Shown here: positions 51,065 to 64,000 of the stretch, one piece after another
Layout of the letters: the number at the start of each line of letters is the position of its first letter
How positions within the stretch are numbered: the stretch's first letter is position 1
DNA from: Octopus sinensis
Lineage: Eukaryota
Assembly (NCBI RefSeq): GCF_006345805.1
Contig: NC_043002.1
Span: forward strand, 8,308,001-8,372,000
Direction: 5' to 3'
DNA length: 64,000 nucleotides
Notes under the pieces: model-generated
What the model was told of the DNA's origin: nothing
What the model saw: the letters and a program-made list of their open reading frames with translations, nothing else
Database searches by the model: none
Translations under genes and position numbers: made by a program

Positions 51065-53086
51065 GTTAAGTTGATTTGGAGCTGTATGTTGAGTGCATTT
51101 ATGCCAAAAGTTATAAACTGCTGTTTGACATATAGAGATGAATGAAATAAGTATGAGACTCAAATAAATGCTGATATGTTTGACTCAGATCCCTTGAAGG
51201 TGGTGCTCCAGAATGGCTAGAGTTCAATGATTGAAACCCATGAAAGAGTAAAAGAATATATAGATTAAATTTCCAATATTTAGCTATTTATCAGATAATG
51301 TACTGGATATTTTATTGTAAGATGGAATGAATTCTCAAGTGCTAAGCATACTCTTTTGAACGAACAACTTTTGCTGAAAATGATGGGAGGAAAAAATATC
51401 TCAAAATACAAAATAATAACAATAATAAAACAGGCATTATTATATGCTTCAAAAAACGTAGGAAGATCTAACGTGAAACATTTGCACACAGTAAGGTCTG
51501 TCCCTCATGTATTATAAATCTGTTGTCATTCAAAGTAGCATGTGCACACACACACACACTGACATACATGCATAAGTATACATATATTTTACATAATGCA
51601 ACACACATTTATAAATGTTTCTTATTACTAAGAGGGGAAAATGCTGGCACAAGAGAGTGTGGAGTCATATCATAAATGGGAGACAATTCAAGCAAGTTTT
51701 CTCTCAAACTAACAGTTCCAAATATAATAAAAAATATATGCATAATGCAACGGGTGTGTATATATATATATATATATAATATATATATATATATAACTTT
51801 TAATTATCATTAAGGAGGTAAAATGCTGGCAAAATAAAATATGAACTTAGCATAAAAGAAGATAAGTCAATCAAGTTTTCTCTCAAATGAATTTTTCAAT
51901 CAAATAACATAATTATAAATATGTAAAAAAAAAAAAATCAAATAATAAATATTGCGTTTGTTCTTTCATTTGTTTTTGTGGGTTTTTTTTACAACATGGC
52001 TATTACCTCAAAATTATTTAAAGAAAGTATAAATAAAACAATCAAAACCTAGAGAAAAAAACAAAACAAATGAAAACCAAGGGAAAAGTTAGGAAAAGTC
52101 AAAATATAACATATTCAAGAGAAAAAAAAAAATTCTCCCAAAGCATCTGAAATGGAAATAATAATAATAATAATAATAATGATGATGATGATGATGATGA
52201 TGCCAGATCAAGATTGAAGCCTGGTGCAGCCATCTGGCTCACCAGCCTTCAGTCATTCGTCCAACCCATGGAAAGCGGACATTAAACGACGATGATGATG
52301 ATGATGATGATGATGACAATGATGATGATGATAATAATGATAATAAAAGGTTAGGCATTTTTCAATGGCATGAGTACTTGAGTGTATTAGATAAATACGT
52401 CCTGCTGGAACCGCTTTAAATGTTTTTATTTGTTTTTATTTTGACACAAGGTTTTAATATGGAAAAGGAATAATTATTTCATCAGAGAAAAAAGGGCCGC
52501 GAGATTCCCTTAGTCCTTGCTTGAATACTAGTAACAGAGAGGACTCTGTTGCAAGAGCCGGGTGGTAGTGATGTTGAATTGGGTGGTGAATTTTGTTGTA
52601 AATTCATTATAATGCTTGAGTTTGATGACAATAATGACGATGATGGTGATGATGACGATGGTGATGATGATTATGGCTCAAATAAGTAAAAATAAGCAAA
52701 GAGCTTAATAGCTCTGCATCCTCATAAACAATAGATGTGTAAATGTCTGAGCATACACATGCATATATATACCTATACATGTGTATTTATTTATCTATAC
52801 ATGCACACAAGTGTACGTGCACACGCATGTATAAATATTTATATAGGCACACACACAAATATGCATATACACATATGTCTATATATATATATACACTCTT
52901 TCACAAACGTATATGAAATACATAAAGCATAAACATCCATTAAAAGGCAAGAAGCAAACTGAAAAACAAACAAAAAAATCAAGAAAATTACAAAAAAAAA
53001 CCAACCAAGGAATCATGCAATTTGCTTGTTATTTTGGGGTTAATGCAGACAAAAATGACAGAGTTAACAGTTCAACATGCATCTAC

Positions 53087-53332
53087 CTTTTGGGTCCAGC
53101 AAGACCGACTTGTGAGCCGTTAGAAGACAGTGACCAGCCATCTTGGTCAGAAGAATTTAGGCTTAACAGGTGGGAATTGGTTGGAACGGGAGTGTTCCAT
53201 ATAGTTGAGTGCAGGTGAGGTGTGAGTGGATCGGTCAAGCAGGAATCGCTGGAATGTATTGGAGAGGTTAGATCTTCGGACATGCTTTGGTTTCTGCCAA
53301 TCAGACTGCTACCTTCGCTGCAAGTACTTTCA
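53087..53332 (-). CDS. PLEKHG4: RhoGEF exon (first visible): Ser-rich linker before the DH domain, ESTCSEGSSLIG...GLAGPKR
   Basis: Open 246-nt frame; acceptor ccttacAG, donor AG|GTAGAT; phase 2/2 joins in frame to the exon at 34165 (AG+G=Arg). Confidence 0.75.
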
Positions 53333-53442
53333 CTGTAAGGTTGACATGTACACGACAACATCAGTAGAACATGCAAAATATACAATATCAATAGACACAT
53401 TTAGTAATAATAATAATGATAATAATACAAACCTTTTTGTTC

Positions 53443-53486
<44 letters not shown>

Positions 53487-54328
53487 AGATAGATAGATAG
53501 ACAGATGAGTATGGGTATATGTTTTTTAGGGTTAAGTACATGTTACTGGAATTTTAAAATTCCAGAGTAATTATAGAATTATAAAAACTCCAAAGATGAA
53601 ATAATAATGATAATAATAATTATAATAATAATAAACCCTATTGAATATCATATCAATGTTACATTATGGTATGTTATGTATATGTGTGTTTTTATGATTT
53701 AATTCTCTAAAATTTAATAAAAGAGCAGCTTATAACTAAGAAACAGTGGTAAGGTGATTTACTGAAATTTCCATAGCTACATACCATAGAAATGTAAATG
53801 AATCTTGTGTTGGTTTCAACAAAATGTCTGATTGTTCAACACAACTATTTACTCACTGGATTATTATATTGGATTGAAGCCTGGTGTAGCCATCAGGTTT
53901 GCCAAGCCTCAGTCATTCATCCAACTCATGCTAGCATGGAAAGCAGACGTTAAACGATGATGATGATAGAGGCATGAACTTATCAATTAGTCCTTGGGGT
54001 TATTTTTTATCCATCATAGTTAACACCATCCTGAGTTACCACTGGGTATAAGATAAAAGCTGCATATTCAAAGCGAATAATCATAAAGTTTAACCTTTTC
54101 GTGTATTTACGTGTATATATGTATTTCGTGTATATATGCATTATGTTGTTTTGATCCAGGTCAACCCTGAGCAAGCAAACTTATGTTGAAAGGCATTCCA
54201 ACCATAACAATGTGATATATTTTTAATATTATTTATGTTATTGTGAATATTTTGTAAGCATTATATGTGTCTGTGTATGTGTGATATAAGTATTATATAT
54301 ATATATATATTCTCTATATAAGCATATG

Positions 54329-54374
<46 letters not shown>

Positions 54375-54526
54375 GTTACTATACACAAAGTTTTATAGCA
54401 TTTTTCTAACATAACGACTTAAATATATTCTTTAACCTTATAACACAAGCCTTCTGTAGTTTTTTCACTCTTTTTTATTTTTTATACATCCAACCACGTG
54501 CTTTCACACAACAACTCTCTCACCTA

Positions 54527-54572
<46 letters not shown>

Positions 54573-55408
54573 AAGGGTGTCCCAAAAGTCACTGATGGGT
54601 TCAGTTTTTGATAACTTCCTTAACTTTACAAATAAATGAATGAAGGTTTGATACATTACAAAGGACAAAATGGAAATTAATATGCCCAAGTCAAATTTTG
54701 AAACACCACTACATCACATATAAAAAGTGACATCACTTAAATGGAAGCCAATTTCGGCTTCACATGCCTGTGCTCTTTCCAAAACTTGCACCATAACACC
54801 CACAAGATTTTCATTCAGACTCCACTTCTCTGATTTCTCTATTGATGCTCTCCTTCAGGTATCCATGACTGAGACCTTTTTGTGCCCGGCCATTCAATGT
54901 AGGCTTCACCCATGGTTTCAGTAAGATGGGGCAACTGCTCATACCACAAGAGAAACAAAGCAGTTGCTACGGCAGTGCTTTAGAGAAAGAATAATCTCCG
55001 GCTATGGCAATGTCAACTGGCCTTCACACTCTTCATACTTGACTAGCCTGGATTTTTTCTTGTAGGGATACCTGAAAGAAAGGGTTTATTTATGTCAACA
55101 AACCGGAGACCCTGGTGCAACTGAAGAAGAACATCAATAGAGAAATCAATCAGAGAAGTGGGGTCTGAAACTCTTGAGGGTGTTATGGTGCATGTTTTGA
55201 AAAGAGCACAGGTGTGCAAAGCCAAAAATGGTTGCCATTTAAGCGATGTCCATTTTACATATGTGATGTAGTGGTGTTGCAAAATTTGACATGTGCATAT
55301 TAATTTCCATTATGTCCTTTATATTGTATTTAAATTTCATGCATTCATTTGTAAATTTAAGGAAGTTATTAAAAACTGAAAACCATCAATGACATTTGGG
55401 GCACCCTG
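54573..55408 (+). mobile_element. Non-autonomous DD41D element with ~285-bp inverted ends
   Basis: TA TSD; WFQ*DGATAH...NWP....LTSLDFFL*GYLK with D41D spacing. Confidence 0.85.
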
Positions 55409-55416
55409 TATATATA

Positions 55417-55690
55417 TACTCAAAATAAGCAACAAAGATATCCAAAGTTAGTGTAGTACAATCGTTTCATGCTACTTCATTTAATTAAACAATGTAAGTA
55501 TTGCTCTAAATTTTAAAACTGATGTAATACATTGTTTAATAAAATGAAGTAGCATGAAATGGTTGTACTACACTACCTTGGATATCCTTGTTGCTTATTT
55601 TGATTATAATCACCCCATTTGATTTATATGGATAATACCATACAGAATTCTGGTGACTTTAACTTTAATCTGAATCTAAATTTTTGCTAT
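55417..55690. mobile_element. Fold-back element in (TA)n, family shared with 59792-60045
   Basis: ~77-bp inverted arms plus a shared unique tail. Confidence 0.7.
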
Positions 55691-56258
55691 ATATATATAT
55701 ATATTCTAATAAAAAGTCAAGGTACAATCAGTACCTATTTGCTTGAAAGAGAAGTTAAAACCCTCCGAAACCATGCACCTCCCACTATATGGTAACTTAT
55801 TTGAATTTTAAAATTTATACTTGCTCACTAACGTTTGTTTGAAAGTCGCGGGGGGGGGGGGGCTTCAGTTGAACAATGCGCATGGAGAGGTAAATATGTT
55901 TTTTTAAATAGTTTATGTAGTAAGTCTGGTTGACGAACTTTAAGTGTTGATTCAATACAGAAAGTGAAATCCATTGATACTACAATGTCTATGATTTTAT
56001 TTGTATTTCACTACATGTGTCTTACAAGTGGGAGGACTGTTTCAGAGAAATATATCTGCTATATTCTCCATGCATGTTTACATACAGAGAGAGATGCATG
56101 GTTTTGGAGAGTTTTAACTCCTGTTACAAGTGAACAGATACCCATCATACCATGACTTTTTATTATTATATATTTTGCTTATTTGAATAATTTTTGCTGG
56201 CCACTTTATCATTATTTTTATAGATAATGATAACTTATTTGAATTTTTATATATATAT

Positions 56259-57080
56259 CATCATCCTCATCATCGTTTAACGTCCGCTTTCCAAGCTAGC
56301 ACGGGTTGGATGGTTTGACCGGGGTCTGGGAAGCCAGGAGGCTGCACCAGACTCCAGTCTGATCTGGCAGTGTTTCTACAGCTGGATGCTCTTCCTAACA
56401 CCAACCACTCCGTGAGTGTAGTGGGTGCTTTTTATGTGCCACCAGCACAGTTGCCAGGGGAGGCACAGTTGCCAGATCGAGCAAGGCCACCTGCCCAAGG
56501 GTGTGTGTGATGAGTTCGCCTTTCTGCTTACTATAACTTTGGTCTTTGCTACATTTACTCTAAGGCCCTTTGATTCTAAACCTAGCTTCCACACCCGAAA
56601 TGTCTTTTCTAGTTCCGGTAGTGATTCTGCTATGAGGGCCAGGTCATCAGCATAGAAGAGCTCCCAGGGGCAACCCGTCTTGAATTCCTCTGTTATTGTC
56701 TGGAGGACTATGATGAATAGAAGGGGACTAAGGGCTGAACCTTGGTGGACCCCTACTTCTACCCAAAATTCTTCACTATACTCATTGCCAATCCTAACCT
56801 TACTAACAGCCTCTCTGTATAGGGCCTGTACAGCCCTTATCAACCATTCGTCAATCTCCAGTTTCCACATCGCCCACCAGATAAGGGATCGGGGGACCCT
56901 GTCAAAGGCTTTCTCCAAGTTCACAAAAGCTAAGTAGAGGGGTTTATCTTTAGCTAGGTATTTCTCCTGCAGTTGTCGAACCAGGAATATGGCATCAGTG
57001 GTGCTTCTACCTGGAACAAAACCAAACTGTATCTCATCTAAGCAGACTCTCTCCCTAATGAGATGGACTATGACCCTCAT
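56259..57080 (-). mobile_element. RTE-clade LINE remnant: RT fragment (56475-57080) joined by internal deletion to the family 3' UTR and (GAT)n tail
   Basis: QFGF..GRSTTDA, F.NLEKAFDRV, GVHQGSALSPLLF, YADDL RT motifs. Confidence 0.9.
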
Positions 57081-57274
57081 ATTCTATATATACATACATA
57101 CACACACACACACACATATATATTATATATATATATTTCGTTTTTGGATTTGGTTTGTAAGATTCTTTATGTGAGTTCGTGTGTTGAAGCATATTCTGTA
57201 GTATCTGGGGAGAGTCATTCTCTTTTAGCGCCTTATAATTTAAAACACTCACTGGTAAAATTTCCACTAATTTA

Positions 57275-57686
57275 TGTTTACCCCCATTCCATGTAGGTTT
57301 CTCAGATATTTTGGCAAACTATCAAATAGCTGTGGATCTTTGAATCCAAAGCTATTGCAGTATCTGGTGCTCACCCTAGATGGAATGTGTGGGACCTTCA
57401 GAACAGTGTGGTGACATTCACTTTGGTGGGCTGATATAACTACGATGCCAGAGTTTGGCACCAAACCCTTTAGCTGCTTCCATAAATATATCACCACACA
57501 TTTCTCATGTCTCTACTCCAGGGAGTAGAGTCATAATTCTTTCAATCTCTCCCAGTACCTCAACCGTTCCATTGATGCAAACTCCCTGGTGTAGCACTGG
57601 TGAACTGCCTCAAATTCCAGTGTTAATTTGATACTGTGTGGTGACCACAGTTGAGAGCAGTAGTCCAGACAGCTAAGGACAAATAG

Positions 57687-57690
<4 letters not shown>
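57275..57690 (-). mobile_element. Degenerate CR1/L2-group LINE ORF2 C-terminal fragment (second family)
   Basis: LDYCSQLWSPH...EAV....TR......Y.ERLKEL...P.LF.SLP. Confidence 0.75.
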
Positions 57691-57745
<55 letters not shown>

Positions 57746-58133
57746 CACTCTTTACTCTTTTACTTGTTTCAGTCATTTGACTGTGGCCATGCTGGAGCAC
57801 TGCCTTTAGTCGAGCAAATCGACCCAGGGACTTATTCTTTTGTAAGCCCAGTACTTATTCTATCGATCTCTTTTGCCGAACCGCTAAGTGACGGGGACGT
57901 AAACACACCAGCATCGGTTGTCAAGCAATGCTAGTGGGGACAAACACAGACACACAAACACATATATACGACAGGCTTCTTTCAGTTTCCGTCTACCAAA
58001 TCCACTCACAAGGCATTGGTTGGCCCGGGGCTATAGCAGAAGACACTTGCCCAAGATGCCACGCAGTGGGACTGAACCCGGAACCATGTGGTTTGTAAGC
58101 AAGCTACTTACCACACAGCCACTCCTGCACCTA
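57746..58133 (-). mobile_element. SINE family 1 copy with a minimal internal tract
   Basis: Reverse complement of the family consensus. Confidence 0.88.
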
Positions 58134-58185
<52 letters not shown>

Positions 58186-58602
58186 CACACACACATGCAT
58201 ACCTACACATACACAAACTCACATATATGTTATCTCTCTATCTATGATGTATGCATGCATATTGTATGTGTTTGTATATCATTAAAAAAAATGTGAAGTC
58301 TGTTAATGACAAAATAGTGGTTAGCTCACACATGAAATCATTATTATCTTTAGCAGCAGCAGTTGTAGTATTAGTAGTAGTAGCTAGCAAAAAGTTAATG
58401 TTAGTAGGAATATAAGAATTATTATGATGATGAAAGTAGTAATTAGTAGAAAATTAAAACATTCAGTAATTTAAAAAAGAAAAAAAAAACAGTTTTATTA
58501 ATACAATAGAATATATACACTTAAATACGAACACCAACAGATACATAAACATAAGGTATATAATATATTTCTTTTATATGTTTGTACGAATGTATATATG
58601 TA

Positions 58603-58635
<33 letters not shown>

Positions 58636-58815
58636 TTGTGTGTCAGGTTACAAGGATATTTGTTTTCAACAGAATGAAGGGGTGAATGAAAGTTCACCCC
58701 TATATATATATATATTACTGGCACTTAATCATTACACACTTTCCACCATGTAGATAATTAATGGACGAAAGAATTTGAAGTCAGAACTATTTTGGGATTC
58801 AAGTATATATACACA

Positions 58816-59268
58816 CAGGGGTTGGACAAAATAATGGAAACACCTTAAAATTTCAAACAAATTTATTTTAATATGGGGTAGGACCATCTTTGGCAGTATT
58901 TACAGCTTGAATCCTACAAGGTATGGACTCATACAAAGCTTGAATTGTTTCCAAAGGAATTTTTGTCCATTCTTCAGCTTCAGCTAAAACAGTCTCCAGT
59001 TCTTGTAGTGATGATGGTGGATGATATTAACTCCTTACACTTTTTTCTGAAGTGCACCACAAATGTTCAATAATATTGAGATCTGGGGACTGTGGTGGCC
59101 AGATAAGATGTCCAACTTCACTAAAATGTTCCTCGTGCCATTCAGTAACAACTTTATCTGTGTGAATTGGTGCATTATCATCCTGAAAGATTGCAGTTCC
59201 TTTTGACAGTTTTATAGATATTTCAAAATTATGATGCTAGGTGTTTCCATTATTTTGTCCAACCCCTG
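58816..59268 (-). mobile_element. Tc1-like DD36E (Incomer-like) deleted element
   Basis: 29-bp TIRs CAGGGGTTGGACAAAATAATGGAAACACC; FQDDNAPIH-(36 aa spacing)-EHLW. Confidence 0.88.
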
Positions 59269-59277
59269 TATATATAC

Positions 59278-59327
<50 letters not shown>

Positions 59328-59791
59328 CACAAATATCATCATCATCATCATCCTCATTATCAATTAGTGGCCATATTCTGTACTGGCATGGGTTTGACAT
59401 TTTGAGAAGTCAGAGGTCTGTTAAGAACTCCGCTGTCTGTTTTTGGCATGGTGTCTACAGTTTGATGTCCTTCCCAATACCAACTGGATGCATGTTTTTG
59501 TGTCACTGACACTAGTGAGATAACCAAGTAGCTTGCAAAGAAAGACCCCTGGAGGAGGCAGTAGTTTTGAGGGAATAACTCAAGATGGGATAGTGCTGTA
59601 GTTAGGGTTGGGGAAATTGGGATTGGGAAGACAAGTTGTGGGGATGGCTTGAATGGATGGGGTTTTTTTGACCACAGTAAATTGGCAATCATCTTGGTTC
59701 TTAGCCATCTCTTCCATGAGATGAGACTCAACATCCTTGGGTCAGTCTTCAATACTTTGTCCTACACCTACGGCCTATATATATATATATA

Positions 59792-60045
59792 TATAAGCAA
59801 CAAGTATATCCGAGGTAGAGTGGTACAATTGTTTCATGCTACTTCATTTTATTAAACTCTGTAATGTTTACAGTGTTTAATAAAATGAAGTAGCATGAAA
59901 CAATTGTACTACTCTACCTCGGATATACTTGTTGCTTATTTTGATTATAATCACCCCATTGATTTATATGGATAATACCATACAAAATTCTAGTGCCTTT
60001 GACTTAAGTACCATATTCATCTGAATCTAAATTTTGCTGTAATAT
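59792..60045. mobile_element. Fold-back element in (TA)n, second copy
   Basis: Near-perfect ~70-bp hairpin plus the same tail as 55417. Confidence 0.7.
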
Positions 60046-61619
60046 ATATAAATAATTACAGTGTGAAATTGTTTTCGTTCCAGCACATGATCTCAGATCA
60101 AGTCACTCGCTATGCAAGTACATCTCCGTAATATATATATACATACACATGTTTGTATGATATCGATAAAAAATTTAACATAGTTCTTAGTTTGAAAGCA
60201 AATTTTAGAATTCCAATTTCATAGTTGTTGAAATGATTAGAATGAGGAATGGTAAGATATTGCAGATGTGTGGTGATGTGATTCTTCAGTTGACAAGTAT
60301 CCAGGAAGAATTCCTCTGAGTATTCACATAAACATCTTTATTATTTGTTTTGTCAACTTTTTTCCTTTTACTTATTTTCACCTTTCTTTTTTAAAAATTT
60401 TTGATCATCATCATTTTTGTCAGCATCATCCATCATTATCATCTTTAAAGTTGTTATCATTACAAAACACACGCACACTTAAAATCAGTCAACCAATCAA
60501 TGTGTGCATGTGTGTGTGTGTGTGTGTGTGTATTTATGCCACACACTGATTTGTACATAAACATTAAACATTCTGGAATAAAGAAAAAGAATCAAGAAAT
60601 TGATATTTAGTGAGGAAGCTATGCTTTTCAAAAGATAAAAATGCAATATCGATTTCAGATACCTGTGTTCTTGAAATAAGAAACAACAGGGGTCAGATGA
60701 GGCAGCCTCTACATAGTTATTGACTTACTAGAAACAGCAGCCAAATTTCCAATCAAAGAAAGGAAGAGGTTAAAAAAATTGAACCTGGATGGAGATGGGG
60801 GAAAATGGGACGGATGCAGCAGGAACATCTGTGATCCTATAGGTGATCTAGAGACAGTAATATACAACAAAGAATTGAAGATGGTTCTTGCAAAAATGTG
60901 GTTGCAAAAACAATATTCTGAGTTCAAATCCTCCCAAAGTCAACATTGGCTTTTATACTTTTCAAGTACAATCATTCACTCATGCATAGACACACATATA
61001 TACATGTACTCATATATATATATACACACACCAAAAAAGAGAGAGCCTATTAAAAAGGATAACATATAAGAAAAAATAAAGGTGAGACAAAAAAAAAAAA
61101 GAATCTTGCAGGGAGTATAAAATAAAAATGTTTGCAAGAGGAATTAAATATCTTCAATACTTGAGTAGTAGTAATAATTTGATCAATTTATCCCCTAATA
61201 GTGAAAGTGAAAGTTGATTCTGAAGGTATTTCCTCTCAGAACATGGAAAGTCAGAACAAATGCACAAATATAAATTTGTGGTGGTGAAAAATCAGGTGAT
61301 GGATTAAATGTACCTTCAATATAGTTCATGGCAGAAATTGAATTTAGAATGCAAAGAATTGGAACCGATACTGCAAGATATCTGGCCCAATGTTCTTAAA
61401 GTTCCACCTATTCATCTTCCTGGATTGGTACTTTTTATCAACTCCAAAAAATGAAAGATAAAGTTGAACTCAGAGCATCAAGTGTCTGTACAAACACTTG
61501 AGGTATTCTCTTTGATGCCCTAAAAAACTTCAGTATATTGTTATCTTGAATATAAAGCAAACCCTCCTCAAAATCAATAATATATTTTATGATACAATGC
61601 AACTTTATAATAAGGGTAT

Positions 61620-61950
61620 ATATGCTCATATGGCAGGCGCTAGCATAACGAAAACAGCCAAAATGTCTGATGTATCAAGAAGTACTGTCTCAAAAGTAAT
61701 GACAGCCTTTGAGAAAGTAGAAAAAACCTCCTTGTCAAAACAAAACTCTGGAAGAAAACCAAGACTTTCATAGGGACTGTCAGACTCTTACGCAAATTGT
61801 TAGAAAGGATCACAAAAGTACAACTCCCAAAATTTCTGCAGAACTTAATGACCACCTCAAGAACCCAGTTTTCACAAAAACTGTTTGCCAGGAACTGCAC
61901 AAAGCTGGATTTCATGGGAGGGCTGCAATCAGAAAACTACTACTTTTCAG
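61620..61950 (+). mobile_element. Tc1-like transposase N-terminal (HTH) fragment
   Basis: AGASITKTA...VSRSTVSKV...SGRKPRLS...GFHGRAAIRK. Confidence 0.8.
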
Positions 61951-62469
61951 AAGCCCCATGATTAAAAAAACATCGAAGCCATTTCTGTAAGTTCTTATCT
62001 ATATTTTGATTACATTATCCTGGATACACACATTTTTCAATAGGGTTGTAATTTGAAGGTCAAGTGACCCCATAAATGTCCCCTGTTTGGCTCGAATCAA
62101 AATTCAGTGATATATGATATAAGCACTAGGTTACTGGTATATTGTGTGGGAGATGATTGAGAGTCAGTGTATGATATTCATGCATTCTCAAATACATATT
62201 AGTGGCATGAATGAATCAAATTGTCTTCATCTGGGAACTGAAACCACATCAGATATTTCTCTGGAAACTTATAGTTTCAGATACTCACCATAATGAATGC
62301 AAAACAAACACACACACATTGTTTGGGTTGTTAATGTACCGTTCATTTTGGAAAACTTGTATTAATCCACAAAACTGAATCACACATTTGCCTTTACAAC
62401 AAGAATCCAGAAAAATCACTTGGGTGTTTCTGTCTTTTTTTAGTCTTTGGAAACAGAAATTTTGTAAAC

Positions 62470-62662
62470 TATAATAATAATAATAAAAATAATAATAATA
62501 ATATTATTATTATTAATAATAATAATAAAATATAATTTACATTTCTAAAAATAAAAAAAAATCTTATCATACATACATACATACATACATACATACATAC
62601 ACAGATGCATACATACATACATACACAGATGCATACATACATACATACATACACAGATGCAT

Positions 62663-62696
<34 letters not shown>

Positions 62697-62800
62697 GTAC
62701 ATACATACATACATACATACATACATACATACATACACACACACATATATACACACACACACACATATACATACATACATACACACACACATACATACAT
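62470..62800. repeat. (AAT)n and (CATA)n microsatellites
   Basis: Direct reading. Confidence 0.9.
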
Positions 62801-63079
62801 AAAGAGAAAAAGTGAGAAAGAGCAGCAAGTCAAAAATTGGTTGACATCTAAGTGAAAAAGATTTTGCTATTTTTATCCTTTATTTTTCTTTCTATTTAAA
62901 CAGTTTGAAGTTTATTGCTATTTTGTTGACATTAATAATGTTTACTGAACAGAACTTCAGCTTTTTCTTATTTATTCCTCAGTTATTTGAAACTTTCCAA
63001 ACCTAATATATAAAAAAAACATTAACAACCAAGTGAGAGCAAATGAGATGGTAGGGAAAGAGAGAGAGAAGGAATAAGA

Positions 63080-63084
63080 GTAGG

Positions 63085-63116
<32 letters not shown>

Positions 63117-63340
63117 AAACAGAATGGAGAGAGAGAGAGAGTGAGAGAGAGAGAGAGAGAAGGAAAACAGAATGGAGAAAGAGAGAGAAAAGGAAAACAG
63201 AATGGTGAGAGAGAGACAGAGAGAAAAGGAAAACAGAATGGTGAGAGAGAGAGAGAGAGGGAAAAGGAAAACAGAATGGAGAGAGAGAGAGAAAAGGAAA
63301 ACAGAATGGTGAGAGAGAGAGAGAGAGAAAAGGAAAACAG

Positions 63341-63372
<32 letters not shown>
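63080..63372 (+). repeat. Minisatellite: 7 units of AAGGAAAACAGAATGG separated by variable (GA)n
   Basis: Direct reading. Confidence 0.9.
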
Positions 63373-63375
<3 letters not shown>

Positions 63376-63576
63376 AAATTGTATGATGTAAACAGAAATA
63401 GCCGAACAAATATAAAACGTGTTGCTCTTTAAAATTAATCATTTCAGCTGCATTAATAAGTAACGCAGGTTATTCAATTGTATTAATTAACCAGTTAATA
63501 AACAGCAGCCTTTAACACCATCTGTTTACGAATGAAAAGATATTTAGAAACACATGTGAAAGTATGCATTATTCAC

Positions 63577-63618
<42 letters not shown>

Positions 63619-63620
<2 letters not shown>

Positions 63621-63866
63621 GGAGTAAACACATAAATGTGAAACAAGGTGGAAAAAAGAGTACTCAAATACCAGTGGTAGAGTAATATGATTTATTTAAA
63701 GCAGCAGAAAATTCAACAAAATCTGTTACTCTGAGTTTCTCGTTGAAGTTCATCAGACAGTTTTTGCTAGTTCATCAGACAGTTTTCTAGCAAAAACTGT
63801 CTGATGAACGGCAACGAGAAACTCAGAGTAACAGATTTTGTTGAATTTTCTGCTGCTTTAAATAAA

Positions 63867-63868
<2 letters not shown>
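63619..63868. mobile_element. Fold-back element in (TA)n with hammerhead cores, probable Penelope-like pLTR; relatives at 15350-15462, 16495-16528 and 19908-20060
   Basis: 80-bp near-perfect inverted repeat 63691-63770 / 63787-63866. Confidence 0.7.
63795..63836 (+). ncRNA. Candidate minimal type I hammerhead ribozyme
   Basis: CTGT-CTGATGA-ACG gcaa CGA-GAAA-CT cag AG-TA^-ACAG; stems I, II and III all form; 10.1/11.1 is an A.A mismatch in this copy. Confidence 0.55.
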
Positions 63869-63923
<55 letters not shown>

Positions 63924-64000
63924 GAAAAAAACCCACCTTTTATCAATTCAAAATGAAGAATTAAATTACACCATCTAGAAAATTACATATAATAGAAATA

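Noticed and set aside
51570-51900. Diverged ~150-bp tandem duplication, and the 16-bp x3 repeat at 46997-47048
   Set aside because: Ordinary local duplications with no evident structure or function
52399-52677. Coding-looking stretch (Ser-rich or His-rich frames) in the large intron
   Set aside because: No canonical acceptor/donor pair keeps the RhoGEF frame; partly (CAT)n repeat
56376-57080. 234-aa ORF as a functional reverse transcriptase gene
   Set aside because: 5'-truncated at a microsatellite, lacks the endonuclease, has D-to-N in motif A, and runs into 3' UTR sequence
59884-59912. Hammerhead in the 55417/59792 family (GAAAC-AATT-GTA)
   Set aside because: The CUGANGA box is absent (ATGAAGT) in both copies

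Overview
AT-rich, microsatellite-laden metazoan genomic DNA. The SINE/LINE repertoire strongly suggests an Octopus species (inference). The single host gene is on the minus strand: the 3' part of a PLEKHG4/puratrophin-1-like RhoGEF. Ten phase-consistent GT-AG exons from 53332 to 18837 encode about 650 aa (Ser-rich linker, DH, PH, Ser/Thr-rich tail ending ESEL). I found no upstream exons in 53333-64000. An intact tRNA-Asp(GTC) gene lies in the 19-kb intron. The rest is mostly transposon debris: three SINE families, RTE and CR1-type LINE 3' ends, a fragmented Penelope-like element, and Tc1/mariner (DD41D, DD37D, DD36E), hAT, piggyBac, Kolobok-like and Merlin-like elements. The two most unusual signals are (i) several fold-back elements embedded in (TA)n that carry minimal hammerhead-ribozyme cores and (ii) a variable-number array of structured ~66-nt modules in the 3' UTR of an RTE LINE family. 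Most long ORFs in the track are microsatellite artefacts. Coordinates were read by eye; repeat boundaries are approximate.
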